This document shows, piece by piece, positions 1 through 9,109 of a DNA stretch of 42,236 bases; within the stretch, counting starts at the first letter, position 1, and each line of letters opens with the position of its first letter. Both the position numbers and the translations under genes were made by a program. The notes under the pieces are model-generated. The model searched no databases and was not told the DNA's origin. It was given only the letters and a program-made list of their open reading frames with translations. Source of the stretch: Pseudobdellovibrionaceae bacterium (GTDB lineage: Bacteria > Bdellovibrionota > Bdellovibrionia > Bdellovibrionales > Bdellovibrionaceae); assembly GCA_041288045.1 (NCBI GenBank), contig JBGGMM010000181.1, positions 1-42,236 on the forward strand. The letters are read 5' to 3'.

Positions 1-76
1 TCAGAATCAGTGTCAGTACCAATCGCCGATCAACGGGCAGAGATGTCAGAGTCGGCATTTCCTTGAAATTGATCAT
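1..76 (-). CDS. Possible 5' end of a gene running off the window (MINFKEMPTLTSLPVDRRLVLTLIL...)
   Basis: Open frame from ATG at 76 (or 58) to the window edge, ending in a hydrophobic stretch. Too short to identify. Confidence 0.35.
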   Translation of the reverse strand, partial: MINFKEMPTLTSLPVDRRLVLTLIL

Positions 77-190
77 CGCCGACCTGTGGCTTTTGCAGGA
101 TCGAATGAAATGCAAAATCTTCGGGTGCTTTGTCGGTCTCACAATCAGCAGATGGCTAAAGTTTGGGGCTTAACGGGCGTGGGGTGAAAG

Positions 191-210
191 GGCAGAGCAG
201 GTGCTCTGCC
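191..210 (-). terminator. Hairpin just downstream of gspE, possible terminator or stability hairpin
   Basis: GGCAGAGC-N4-GCTCTGCC 8-bp stem, 12 nt past the gspE stop. Only a short U-tract follows on the minus strand. Confidence 0.5.
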
Positions 211-222
211 TTGATAAAAAAA

Positions 223-1914
223 TTAAAGATCCAGTTGGGTGTTTGAAATCAGCTCTTCGATGGTGGTGATACCGCTCAAGACTTTTTGGATTCCGTGGTC
301 GCGGAAAGTTTTCATTCCGGCAGCGACGGCTGTTTTACGAATGGTATTTCCATCTTTTCTTTGCATGACTTGGGAGCGGATGTCGTCGTTGACCACCAGC
401 AACTCAGAGATAATGGTTCGTCCGATATAACCCTTTTGGTTGCATTGGTTGCAGCCAACAGCCATGTGAATGTTGCCGGCGCGAGCTTGTTCGCGCGTTA
501 GGCCCAGAGTGCTGAGCTGAAAATCAGTGGGTTCATAGCGAACTTTGCAGTGTGGGCAGAGAACTCTCACCAGACGTTGAGCGATGACTCCCAAAATCGA
601 AGTGGCAATCAAGAAAGGCTCAGCTCCAATATCAATCAAACGGGGAAAAGCCCCGGCCGAGTCATTGGCGTGAATGGTGGAGAGCACCAAGTGACCAGTC
701 AGTGAGGCATTGATCGCCAGTTCCGCTGTTTCCAAGTCGCGAATCTCACCCACCATGATGGTGTCGGGATCTTGCCGCAAGAAAGCTCGCAGACCAGCAG
801 CGAAGGTCAATCCAATTTTTGAATTCACTTGCACTTGTCCGATCCCGTGAATTCGTTGTTCGACGGGATCTTCGACTGTCAGAATGTTCACATCAGGCTT
901 GTTGAGCTTGGTCAGGCAGCCGTACAAAGTGGTGGATTTTCCCGAACCTGTTGGTCCGGTGACAATCAAAATACCGTAGGTTCTTTGCACCAGATCATCA
1001 ATGATTCGCAAAGCCTCATCGGAAAAGCCCAATTGCTCAAGCTCCAGAACCACATTGGATCTATCCTGCAAACGCATGACGATTCGCTCGCCGTGAGAGG
1101 TGGGAACAGCGTTCAAACGGATGTCGATGTCTTTGCCTCCCACTTTGAGAGGGATGCGGCCGTCTTGTGGTAGCCTTTTTTCTGCAATATTTAAATTGGC
1201 CATGACCTTCAAACGAGAGGTGATGGCATTTTGCAATTTTTTGGGTGGTTTGAAAATATCAAACAAAATACCGTCAATTCGAAAGCGGACCGACATGTCT
1301 TTTTCGTAAGGTTCGATATGAATATCAGAAGCTTTTTCTTTCACCGCTCGAAACAGCAGGGAATTGACGAGCTTGATGACTGGAGCGTCGTCTTCGCCAG
1401 CTTCGAGAAGATCGACGATCGGGTCGTCCAGATCGTAATCTTCTTCTTCGATATCATCGAGGCCGGCCAAATTGGCAGTGCTCTTTTCGTAGACTTTGTT
1501 GATGGCGTCTTGAATTTTCGACGAAGTCGAAATCAGCGGGCGGATTCGTTTTCCGAACATCACTCGCAGATCATCCAAAGCCTTCATGTTCACCGGATTG
1601 GCTGTCAGGGCGATGATGACATCAGGTTCTTCCTTGAAAGGGAGAATCGAATGCTGTTTGGCGTAGTTGATAGGAATATCCCGAACCAAATCGACAGGGA
1701 TATCATTGACTGGAATGTCCTTGATGAAATCCAAGCCCATTTCCCGGCAGAGATCGGCGACTAGGTCATCGGCAGTTGAAAACTCTTTTTCAGTGAGAGC
1801 TTCACCAATGGTCGAATGACCCGATAGGCTGGTGTTGCTGAGAACAGTTCGGATCTGTTCTGTCGACAGACCCGTTGTTTTCGATAAAATATTTGCAACA
1901 TCAAGAGCTGCCAT
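223..1914 (-). CDS. gspE: Type II secretion system ATPase GspE
   Basis: Walker A GPTGSGKSTT, ASDIHIEP, LPQDGR, TVEDPVE, LRQDPD..MVGEIRD, TGHLVLSTIH, tetracysteine CPHC..CNQC. Follows gspD. Confidence 0.95.
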   Translation of the reverse strand: MAALDVANILSKTTGLSTEQIRTVLSNTSLSGHSTIGEALTEKEFSTADDLVADLCREMGLDFIKDIPVNDIPVDLVRDIPINYAKQHSILPFKEEPDVIIALTANPVNMKALDDLRVMFGKRIRPLISTSSKIQDAINKVYEKSTANLAGLDDIEEEDYDLDDPIVDLLEAGEDDAPVIKLVNSLLFRAVKEKASDIHIEPYEKDMSVRFRIDGILFDIFKPPKKLQNAITSRLKVMANLNIAEKRLPQDGRIPLKVGGKDIDIRLNAVPTSHGERIVMRLQDRSNVVLELEQLGFSDEALRIIDDLVQRTYGILIVTGPTGSGKSTTLYGCLTKLNKPDVNILTVEDPVEQRIHGIGQVQVNSKIGLTFAAGLRAFLRQDPDTIMVGEIRDLETAELAINASLTGHLVLSTIHANDSAGAFPRLIDIGAEPFLIATSILGVIAQRLVRVLCPHCKVRYEPTDFQLSTLGLTREQARAGNIHMAVGCNQCNQKGYIGRTIISELLVVNDDIRSQVMQRKDGNTIRKTAVAAGMKTFRDHGIQKVLSGITTIEELISNTQLDL

Positions 1915-1927
1915 GAATCTCCTTCAA

Positions 1928-4207
1928 TCACTCCGTCTCAGTGGGCTTGTTGGGACTTGCAGCGCGACGCTTTTGAATTTCATCAACAGCTTCGCCATAA
2001 GGATCCCGGCCACCGATACTTTGGATGTATTTTTGTCGCTGGTCAATTTTCTGTCCGAGCAGCGAATTGGCGTCATTGGCAGTGCGCACGATTTTCGGAG
2101 TCAGGAAAATCAGCATGTTCGTCTTTTCCTTAGAAGTGGCCCGGGATTTAAACAGCCAGCCCAGAATCGGGATGTCTCCCAAGAGAGGAACTTTAGTGAT
2201 GTTCTCAACATCATCCTCTTTCATCAATCCCCCGAGAACGGCCGTGTCGCCATTTCGAACAACGATGTTTGTTTCTAACTTACGAGTCGCCAAAGGTTGA
2301 GTGGTAGTTTGAAAAGCCTCTGGAGTTTTGGCGAGTGACAGTTGTTTGATGTTGGATTTCAGCTCCATGCGCACAGTGTTTGTCTTTGGACTGATAAATG
2401 GCTTAATTTTCAGCTCAATATTCGCTTCTTCGAAATTGGGCTCTGACAATGATTGAGTCCCATTAGCTCCTGGAGTCACTTTTGTTCCGGTTACAACCTT
2501 ATCACCCACAGAGATCAATGCTTCTTGCGCATCCAAAGCCAAAATTTGCGGAGTGGAAAGAATATTCGCATTGGCGTTGGTCTTGAGGAAATTCACAAAG
2601 CCCACCAAGGAGGGAACAGTGACGCTCGGTTGACCAGGAGGAGTGATGGTGACTTTGTCGCCGCTTCCAAATCCTAAAATAGTCCCAGCTCCGGGTTGAG
2701 GGCTTAAAAGTGAAGCCAGAGAATTGGCATTTGTGAAGCCATTGAAGCCGACTTTTGCTCCTGAGCCGCCTTTATCAAATTGGAAATAACCGATCTGATA
2801 GTTGAAAGCGTCTGTGGATTTCATTTCCATAATGATGGCTTCGACGTACACCTGATCGCGTGGGATGTCGATGCGCTTCAAAAGATTCAAAACGACTTCG
2901 TAATCCTGTTTGCTGGCCACAATCACGAGAGAGTTGGTACCTTCATCCGCTTGGATTTTGACATCGCCGCCGAAAATTTCCTGAGGAGCTGCAACTCCGC
3001 CAATAGGAGAAATCAGAGGAGAAGCGGAGCCGCCGGTGGAAGGTTTGGGAGCAGCATCTTTTGCCACACCTTGCAGAGTCGCTGCGATTTTTTTCGCATC
3101 GCCATTTTTCATGTAATAGACGTAAACACCACCGGCATCTTCTGGACGGATGCGGAAATCAAGTTGAGTGAGAAGCTTTTTGATTCTGGCAATCCCGGCC
3201 TTGTTGCCCACCACAATCAAGGAGTTGGTGCGATCATCGGGGATGACCATGTAGTAAGCAGAACCTTGAGAGCCTTGAGTGCTTTGAGCTCTTGAAAAAC
3301 GCGGAACTCCAGCTGTGAAGCCGCCGCGGTTGGCCTGCTGATTGCCTTGTCCTTTGTTAACGATTTTATCAATCAGCTCAGCAATGTCTTTGGCTTTGGC
3401 ATAGCGAACGGGAATGACTTCCATTTGATCTTCAAAGCCGGGGACATCAAGCTGAGTGATGATTTTCATCACTCGGTCAATGTTGGATCCATAGTCAGAA
3501 AGGATGATCGAGTTGGTCGGCGGATAAACGCTCATCTCGCCGTCTTTCGAGCTGAGGATTCGAAGATCCCGATTCACAGCTTCGGCCTGAATGTGCTTCA
3601 AGTGAATGATCCGAGTGATCATTTGATCTGAATTGGGGTAATAGTTTCCAGAGTAAGTTTCAATACTGTCCCGCTGCGCATTTCTTGCTGAGCGGATTTT
3701 GAGAAATTTTCCTTGGGGAACAATGGCGTAACCATTGATGGCCAATGCCGACAAAAAGGCTTTGTAGGCTTCGGCGACTGTGATCCGGCTGGGGGCGATG
3801 ATTGTGATCTTGCCGCGAAGACCATTGTCGATAATAAAATTCTTGCCGGTCAGTTCAGAAATCGCTTTGACGATGTCTTGAATGTCAGCATTTGGAAAGT
3901 CGAAGGATTCAATGGTCTCAGGAAAGTTGGCATCCGTGATGTCTTCAATCGAGGCTTTCGAAAATTTGTTTTTCTGATTTTTGTTCAAAAGCCCTGGGGT
4001 GCCATTGCCTCCACCGGCGCTGTTCATGGAGCCGCCACCGGCTCCCGAATCTGCAGCTCCTGGCATTCCCATGTCTGTCGGGGCTCCGCCGCCGAAATCA
4101 GGTGGTGGGGGAGGGGGAGCGCCAAACTCTCCGCCGAAATCGTCTTGGGCTGAAACGGGTTGAATGATCAACGCCTGAGTCAGGAGAAGAGAAGCGATTT
4201 TTTTCAT
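1928..4207 (-). CDS. gspD: Type II secretion system secretin GspD
   Basis: Signal peptide, N0 domain (FDFPNADIQDIVKAISELTGKNFI), repeated TNS(L/I) N-domains, QVYVEAIIME, secretin motif KVPLLGDIPILGWLF. Confidence 0.95.
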   Translation of the reverse strand: MKKIASLLLTQALIIQPVSAQDDFGGEFGAPPPPPPDFGGGAPTDMGMPGAADSGAGGGSMNSAGGGNGTPGLLNKNQKNKFSKASIEDITDANFPETIESFDFPNADIQDIVKAISELTGKNFIIDNGLRGKITIIAPSRITVAEAYKAFLSALAINGYAIVPQGKFLKIRSARNAQRDSIETYSGNYYPNSDQMITRIIHLKHIQAEAVNRDLRILSSKDGEMSVYPPTNSIILSDYGSNIDRVMKIITQLDVPGFEDQMEVIPVRYAKAKDIAELIDKIVNKGQGNQQANRGGFTAGVPRFSRAQSTQGSQGSAYYMVIPDDRTNSLIVVGNKAGIARIKKLLTQLDFRIRPEDAGGVYVYYMKNGDAKKIAATLQGVAKDAAPKPSTGGSASPLISPIGGVAAPQEIFGGDVKIQADEGTNSLVIVASKQDYEVVLNLLKRIDIPRDQVYVEAIIMEMKSTDAFNYQIGYFQFDKGGSGAKVGFNGFTNANSLASLLSPQPGAGTILGFGSGDKVTITPPGQPSVTVPSLVGFVNFLKTNANANILSTPQILALDAQEALISVGDKVVTGTKVTPGANGTQSLSEPNFEEANIELKIKPFISPKTNTVRMELKSNIKQLSLAKTPEAFQTTTQPLATRKLETNIVVRNGDTAVLGGLMKEDDVENITKVPLLGDIPILGWLFKSRATSKEKTNMLIFLTPKIVRTANDANSLLGQKIDQRQKYIQSIGGRDPYGEAVDEIQKRRAASPNKPTETE

Positions 4208-4237
4208 TTGAGCACCTCATCAATTCATCATGAATTG

Positions 4238-5146
4238 TTATTTAACTGTGTAATTCAAATCCTGAGCTCGCCCATCCCGTTCCAACTGGAGGTTGATGGA
4301 GGCGGCATTCTTCAGTGTGTTGTACAGTTCCATGGCTTTCGCCGGGCTGTCGATTTTCTCGCCATTGACGCCCTTCAAGACATCGCCAGGTTGAAGTCCG
4401 AGTTGAGTGAAAACAGAGCCGGGTTGAATGGCGACAAAACGAAAACCTTCAATTTCTCCGTTGGCACCTCGGACGGGAACTGTCGATGCTTGCTGAAGCA
4501 AAGAGGACAGGTCGCTTGTGTACTTGCTCAAATCGGATTTTTTGATTTCAAATTTGTTGGGAGCGACTTGCGCCACGTCGCTCTTGTCACTGGCCATGGA
4601 AGCTTTCGCACCAGTGAAATTGATTTTTCCGCCTTCAAGTTTCATTTCGATGTACTCAAGACGGTTGTTGTTCAGATTTTTAAATACGGCTCGAGTTCGT
4701 TCGACTTTTTGCAAAGTGGCCAGTCCTTCGATATCGCGACCGACAGCAAAAGCCAGAACCTGGTTCTTTGAGCGGACTTCGATGTTGGCAATCGATTTGG
4801 CGGGATTCGAGTGAACAATTGTTCCTTTCAAACTCAATGGCAGAGACGACAGAACCGGAGCCGAGAGATCTTCAGGTCGATTTTGTTGGCCGGCTGGCGC
4901 TAAGGCATCTGGAATCGATCCATCAGCTGAAAAAATATTTCGCGAAATGATGCTGTCGTATTGGCTTCTTGAAGCCACGGCTTGGCTGTCGAATTGCTGT
5001 GGGCGAGAAGCCGGATTTTGAGTCGGCAGCATCAGGTCTCGGTAGCTCAGGATCACAAGGTCAGCAATGCAATAACCCATGAAAATGAAAAGCAAATATG
5101 GCAAATAGTTTTCAAAGAATGGTTTTCGGACATGGGGCTGTTTCAT
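4238..5146 (-). CDS. gspC: Type II secretion system protein GspC with C-terminal PDZ domain
   Basis: N-terminal TM helix, RNIF, L.L.GT HR-domain motif, PDZ signature PGSVFTQLGLQPGDVLKGVNG. Directly upstream of gspD. Start 5146 (ATG) or 5167. Confidence 0.88.
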   Translation of the reverse strand: MKQPHVRKPFFENYLPYLLFIFMGYCIADLVILSYRDLMLPTQNPASRPQQFDSQAVASRSQYDSIISRNIFSADGSIPDALAPAGQQNRPEDLSAPVLSSLPLSLKGTIVHSNPAKSIANIEVRSKNQVLAFAVGRDIEGLATLQKVERTRAVFKNLNNNRLEYIEMKLEGGKINFTGAKASMASDKSDVAQVAPNKFEIKKSDLSKYTSDLSSLLQQASTVPVRGANGEIEGFRFVAIQPGSVFTQLGLQPGDVLKGVNGEKIDSPAKAMELYNTLKNAASINLQLERDGRAQDLNYTVK

Positions 5147-5204
5147 ACTGCAAAAATAGGGTATCAAAGGCCCCCGTGAGAAGGTACCGACAAAGGTCGA
5201 GAAT

Positions 5205-6335
5205 TCAGAGAATTGTGTAAGCTTCGATTTCCGGATTCAGACTGATGCTTGGGTGTAAGAACGAAGGCATTTCTTTATCTGGCGGAGTGACCGCATAGAG
5301 GGCGTAGGGCAAAGAAGCTGAGACCCAGTTTTCAGGTGGAAGCAAACGGTAGTCCTGCTCGGCATGGGCATACAGCAAGAACTCTTGATTGGTGAGGCTT
5401 TCGAAAGTCGTGTACAAAAGGCTTTCAAAAACATCTTCGTTGTCACAAAAAAGATTGGTGAGATAGCGAAACTGAAATTTGCTTTCAATCCCAGTTGAAA
5501 CCACAGGCTTTGCCATTCTTCGGGTTAAACCCAAAAGCCAGCAGAACTTGAGAAACTGACGGAAATTATGAGCTCGCAGCGAGTAGGAAAGCGGGATCAG
5601 GTCCTGAATTCCAGAAGCGGACCAAGGGGCCATGCAGCCAATGACATTTTCGTCAGAATCAAAAGCCACCCAGAAATCTGAAATTTTCATTCCGGTCAGT
5701 CTTTGCAATTTTTTTTCGAAACTGGGAATGTCCCAGACGCTGGCAAAGGGTCGATACTGGGACCTTCGAATGATGTAAGCGGCGATCGCATCAGCTGTGG
5801 CTTCGGATCCTTGGCGAATTCGCAAACTGCTCAAGGGTCTTTTGGCCCAAGGATATCTGCCGTGTAAACTGACCATTCGAAATCTTCGATAAAGATAGTA
5901 GCGGGGCATGGCTCTCTTCATGTTTCGGGGCCGGATAAAAGTATTTAAAACTGTCGGGTCGGAAAGATTGATGGCTGAAAAGACAGAGCTGATATGGTTT
6001 TTTTCGGCTTCTTTTTCCAGCACTGGCAAAAAGTGTTGGGACCACTGCAAAATTGCTCGGCGATTGGGGCGCACGCGAAGATCTGTGGCTGTTGCGACTG
6101 TGCAGAGCTTTCCTTCTGTTGAAGTGTCGCGGATGATAAAGCTGGCAGCTCCCTGGATGGTCGCTTCTTCGTCTTTCAAAAGATAAGTGTGGTAATTGTC
6201 GGATTGAAGCGAGTAGGGCGCAAAAAAATCCTTGTTGCGATCGACTTTCAGTTCAATCATGCCCTTGATTGGAAACTCTTTGAAAAATTCGACCAGTTTC
6301 AAATTGTCTTCGGCTGTTGCCAGATCCAGTCTCAT
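5205..6335 (-). CDS. Hypothetical protein, probable GNAT-fold acyltransferase-like
   Basis: 376 aa ORF. N-terminal LATAEDN..L..FF and DLRVRP.RR resemble GNAT elements. Function unclear. Confidence 0.55.
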   Translation of the reverse strand: MRLDLATAEDNLKLVEFFKEFPIKGMIELKVDRNKDFFAPYSLQSDNYHTYLLKDEEATIQGAASFIIRDTSTEGKLCTVATATDLRVRPNRRAILQWSQHFLPVLEKEAEKNHISSVFSAINLSDPTVLNTFIRPRNMKRAMPRYYLYRRFRMVSLHGRYPWAKRPLSSLRIRQGSEATADAIAAYIIRRSQYRPFASVWDIPSFEKKLQRLTGMKISDFWVAFDSDENVIGCMAPWSASGIQDLIPLSYSLRAHNFRQFLKFCWLLGLTRRMAKPVVSTGIESKFQFRYLTNLFCDNEDVFESLLYTTFESLTNQEFLLYAHAEQDYRLLPPENWVSASLPYALYAVTPPDKEMPSFLHPSISLNPEIEAYTIL

Positions 6336-6412
6336 CTGATCAGTTTGTCGAGAGCCCGAGACTGAGTCAGCTCAAAATCCATCGGATCGACGAAGGTCGA
6401 GAGGTTTTGAGC

Positions 6413-7003
6413 TCAAGGATTTTCTTTTTTCCAGATCTGATCGGGAACTTGCAGGCATTGGTTGCAGAATCGAGCAGCGACGAAAAGATAATCGCTGAGT
6501 CGATTGAGATAGCGAAGCGATCTTTGGTTTTCAATTTCTTGGTGACCTTCTTCGATCAATTGCACCACCCTGCGCTCGGCCCGTCGGCAAACGGTCCGGG
6601 CCAAATGCAAAAAAGAAGCGCTTTCGGATCCGCCAGGAAGGATGAAATTTTTTAAAGGTGGAAGTTCGGCTGTCATTCGATCAATTGATTTTTCAATGTC
6701 TTCAATCCAGTTTTCTTCGAGAGCCGGCAGCATTTTTCGAGTTTCAGTTTTTTCGCAGGCCAAGTGAGAGCCCAAATTGAAAAGCTGGTTTTGAATTCGC
6801 TCGAGCTCCTGCGAAAGGGTCTGGAGTGGATTTGATTTTTCCGTTTTCAAAGAAGTCATGGTCAGGCCCAGCCAGCTGTTGAGTTCGTCGACTCCGCCAT
6901 AGGCTTCAACGCGAATGGAAGCTTTGGAGCATTCGCGGCCATCCACCAATTTCGTCAGACCTTGGTCGCCAGTTTTGGTATAAATTTTTGCCTCGGCCTT
7001 CAT
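6413..7003 (-). CDS. ATP:cob(I)alamin adenosyltransferase, PduO/MMAB type
   Basis: KIYTKTGD.G.T, RVEAYG.VDELNS, FILPGGS, ARTVCRRAER, YLNRLSDYLF..AR. AGGAG SD upstream of ATG 7003. Confidence 0.92.
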   Translation of the reverse strand: MKAEAKIYTKTGDQGLTKLVDGRECSKASIRVEAYGGVDELNSWLGLTMTSLKTEKSNPLQTLSQELERIQNQLFNLGSHLACEKTETRKMLPALEENWIEDIEKSIDRMTAELPPLKNFILPGGSESASFLHLARTVCRRAERRVVQLIEEGHQEIENQRSLRYLNRLSDYLFVAARFCNQCLQVPDQIWKKENP

Positions 7004-7008
7004 AGTCT

Positions 7009-7037
7009 TTGACTCCTGACAATGATTTACATAGAAT
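7009..7037 (+). promoter_or_regulatory. Sigma70-type promoter for dinB; predicted start site at the dinB ATG
   Basis: TTGACT (7009-7014), 17-bp spacer, TAGAAT (7032-7037), then 6 nt to ATG 7044. Confidence 0.7.
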
Positions 7038-7043
7038 TTACAC

Positions 7044-8123
7044 ATGGTCAATCGAAAGATCATTCATGTGGACATGGATTGTTTTTACGCTGCGGTTGAG
7101 GAGAAATACAACCCGAAACTCAAGGGCCTGCCCATGGCCGTTGGCGGGCCGCCTCAATCTCGGGCCGTGATTTGCACTGCCAATTATGAAGCGCGGAAGT
7201 TTGGCGTTCGAGCTGCTATCCCCAGTTCAAGAGCAGTGCGACTTTGTCCGCAGCTGATTTTGATTCCACCGCACTTTGATCTCTACAAAAAAGAAAGCCG
7301 ACATGTTCGCGAAATTTTTCAGCGATTCACCGACAAGTTTCAGCCTTTGTCGTTGGATGAAGCCTACCTGGACGTCAGTCAGTGTTCGCAATTCCACGGA
7401 AGTGCCACTTTGATTGCCAAAGAAATTCGTCGACAGATTTTTCACGAGACCGGTCTGACCGCTTCGGCCGGGATTGCGCCCAATAAATTTCTCGCCAAAA
7501 TTGCCAGCGATTGGAACAAACCCAATGGCCAGTTCGTGATTCGACCTGAAGAGATCGAAAATTTTGTTCGCACATTGCCTATTGAAAAACTTTGGGGCGT
7601 GGGCAAAGTCACCGCTGAGAAAATGCACGCCATGGGTTTGCACACTTGCGAAGACATTCAGAAGCTTTCTCTCATTGAATTGAAACGACGTTTTGGAGCT
7701 TCCAGAGCGCTGGAACTTTTTCAGCTGTCTCGGGGGCAAGACGAGCGTGAAGTGCATGTGGATCAGGAACGAAAATCCCTTTCCGTTGAAGAGACTTTCT
7801 CTCGTGATCTTCAAAGCTTAGATGAGATTCTTCAAGCTTTGCCTTCGATTTTTGAGGATTGGAAAAAGCGTTTGCAAAGATCAGAGGATGAGTCTCGGAT
7901 TCGCGGGGCCGTTATCAAGATGAAGTACATGGATTTTAAATCTTGCACTCATGAAGAGAGCCTTCGTCATTGTCCCACTCTTGAGGATTTTCAGCGACTC
8001 ATCATCGCAGCGTGGCAGCGGCGATCGGATCCCATTCGTCTTTTGGGGGTTGGGGTTCGTCTGGCGTCTCAGGCGGACTCATCCGAGCAACTCCGGTTTG
8101 ATGTCCTGGATGAAGTCTGTTAG
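7044..8123 (+). CDS. dinB: DNA polymerase IV
   Basis: RKIIHVDMDCFYAAVE, NYEARKFGV, SLDEAYLD, SAGIAPNKFLAKIASD.NKPNG, GVGKVT, RLLGVG. Confidence 0.97.
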   Translation: MVNRKIIHVDMDCFYAAVEEKYNPKLKGLPMAVGGPPQSRAVICTANYEARKFGVRAAIPSSRAVRLCPQLILIPPHFDLYKKESRHVREIFQRFTDKFQPLSLDEAYLDVSQCSQFHGSATLIAKEIRRQIFHETGLTASAGIAPNKFLAKIASDWNKPNGQFVIRPEEIENFVRTLPIEKLWGVGKVTAEKMHAMGLHTCEDIQKLSLIELKRRFGASRALELFQLSRGQDEREVHVDQERKSLSVEETFSRDLQSLDEILQALPSIFEDWKKRLQRSEDESRIRGAVIKMKYMDFKSCTHEESLRHCPTLEDFQRLIIAAWQRRSDPIRLLGVGVRLASQADSSEQLRFDVLDEVC

Positions 8124-8132
8124 ATCAAAAGG

Positions 8133-8936
8133 ATGTCGCTTCCTTTTTTTGTGACCATTCCACATTCCGGTGAAAAGCTTCCCGATTTCTGCACTTGGCT
8201 TCAGGGTTTGCCTGAAGAAGTTTTGATGTGCGATGTGGATCGCTATGTCGATCGACTTTATGAACCTTCCCTGCAAAGTCTGCAGATTCCTTGGATAAAA
8301 ACCGAATGGCACAGATATGCTGCCGATCTTAATCGCATCCCAGCCGATGTGGACGAGAGCTCGGTGATTGGCAATCCCACCAAAACGGGGACCCACAGCC
8401 GGGGATTCCACTGGGTGGTGACGACGACGGGGATTGCTTTGATGAAGGAGCCGATCCCGCAAGCTGTTCATGAAAAGCTTGTTCAACTGATTTATGAGCC
8501 TTTCCATCAAAAGGTGCGAGATCACTATATCCAGTTTGAAAAGCTGGGCCACAAAAAAATCTTTCATTTGGATGCGCATTCGATGCCTTCGGTGGGCACA
8601 AAGATGCACAAAGACCCAGGCGAAAAAAGAGCCGATATCGTGGTCAGTGATTGCTTGGGAAAAAGCGCGCAAAAAGAATTCGTCGATCTGGTGATTGCGG
8701 CTTACACCAAAGCCGGATTCAAAGTCGCTTACAACTGGCCCTACGTCGGAGGTCGAGTCAGCGAACAATACGGCGAGCCGAGCAAGGGCCATCACACCGT
8801 GCAAGTAGAAATGAACCGGGCGCTCTACATGGACGAAGTCAGCAAGAAACTGAAACCCGACCTGGCAACAGATGTGACGAAGCGAGTAGAGCGGGCCCTG
8901 AAGTACATTCAGGTCGAGCTTCCGCGCTTGATCTGA
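8133..8936 (+). CDS. N-formylglutamate amidohydrolase family protein
   Basis: IPHSG, D..VDRLY, R...DLNR, Y.PFH, LDAHSM, N.PY.GG, H.VQVEMNRALYMDE. Confidence 0.9.
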   Translation: MSLPFFVTIPHSGEKLPDFCTWLQGLPEEVLMCDVDRYVDRLYEPSLQSLQIPWIKTEWHRYAADLNRIPADVDESSVIGNPTKTGTHSRGFHWVVTTTGIALMKEPIPQAVHEKLVQLIYEPFHQKVRDHYIQFEKLGHKKIFHLDAHSMPSVGTKMHKDPGEKRADIVVSDCLGKSAQKEFVDLVIAAYTKAGFKVAYNWPYVGGRVSEQYGEPSKGHHTVQVEMNRALYMDEVSKKLKPDLATDVTKRVERALKYIQVELPRLI

Positions 8937-8996
8937 ACTGGATCAGTCGCTGAAGACACTTAAATTCATTTATGACTGTCAATGAGATGCTCTAGC

Positions 8997-9022
8997 TTCC
9001 GTACACCTTAAGGTGTACGGAA
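8997..9022. repeat. Perfect 26-bp palindrome
   Basis: TTCCGTACACCTT|AAGGTGTACGGAA with no spacer, intergenic. Confidence 0.95.
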
Positions 9023-9109
9023 TGGCGAGTGCATTCTGGCATCATGAAAACGCGACTTACCGAAAGGCTTGCTTGAATGTGGACTGCGTCTCAAGCTACC
9101 GTCAGATCT

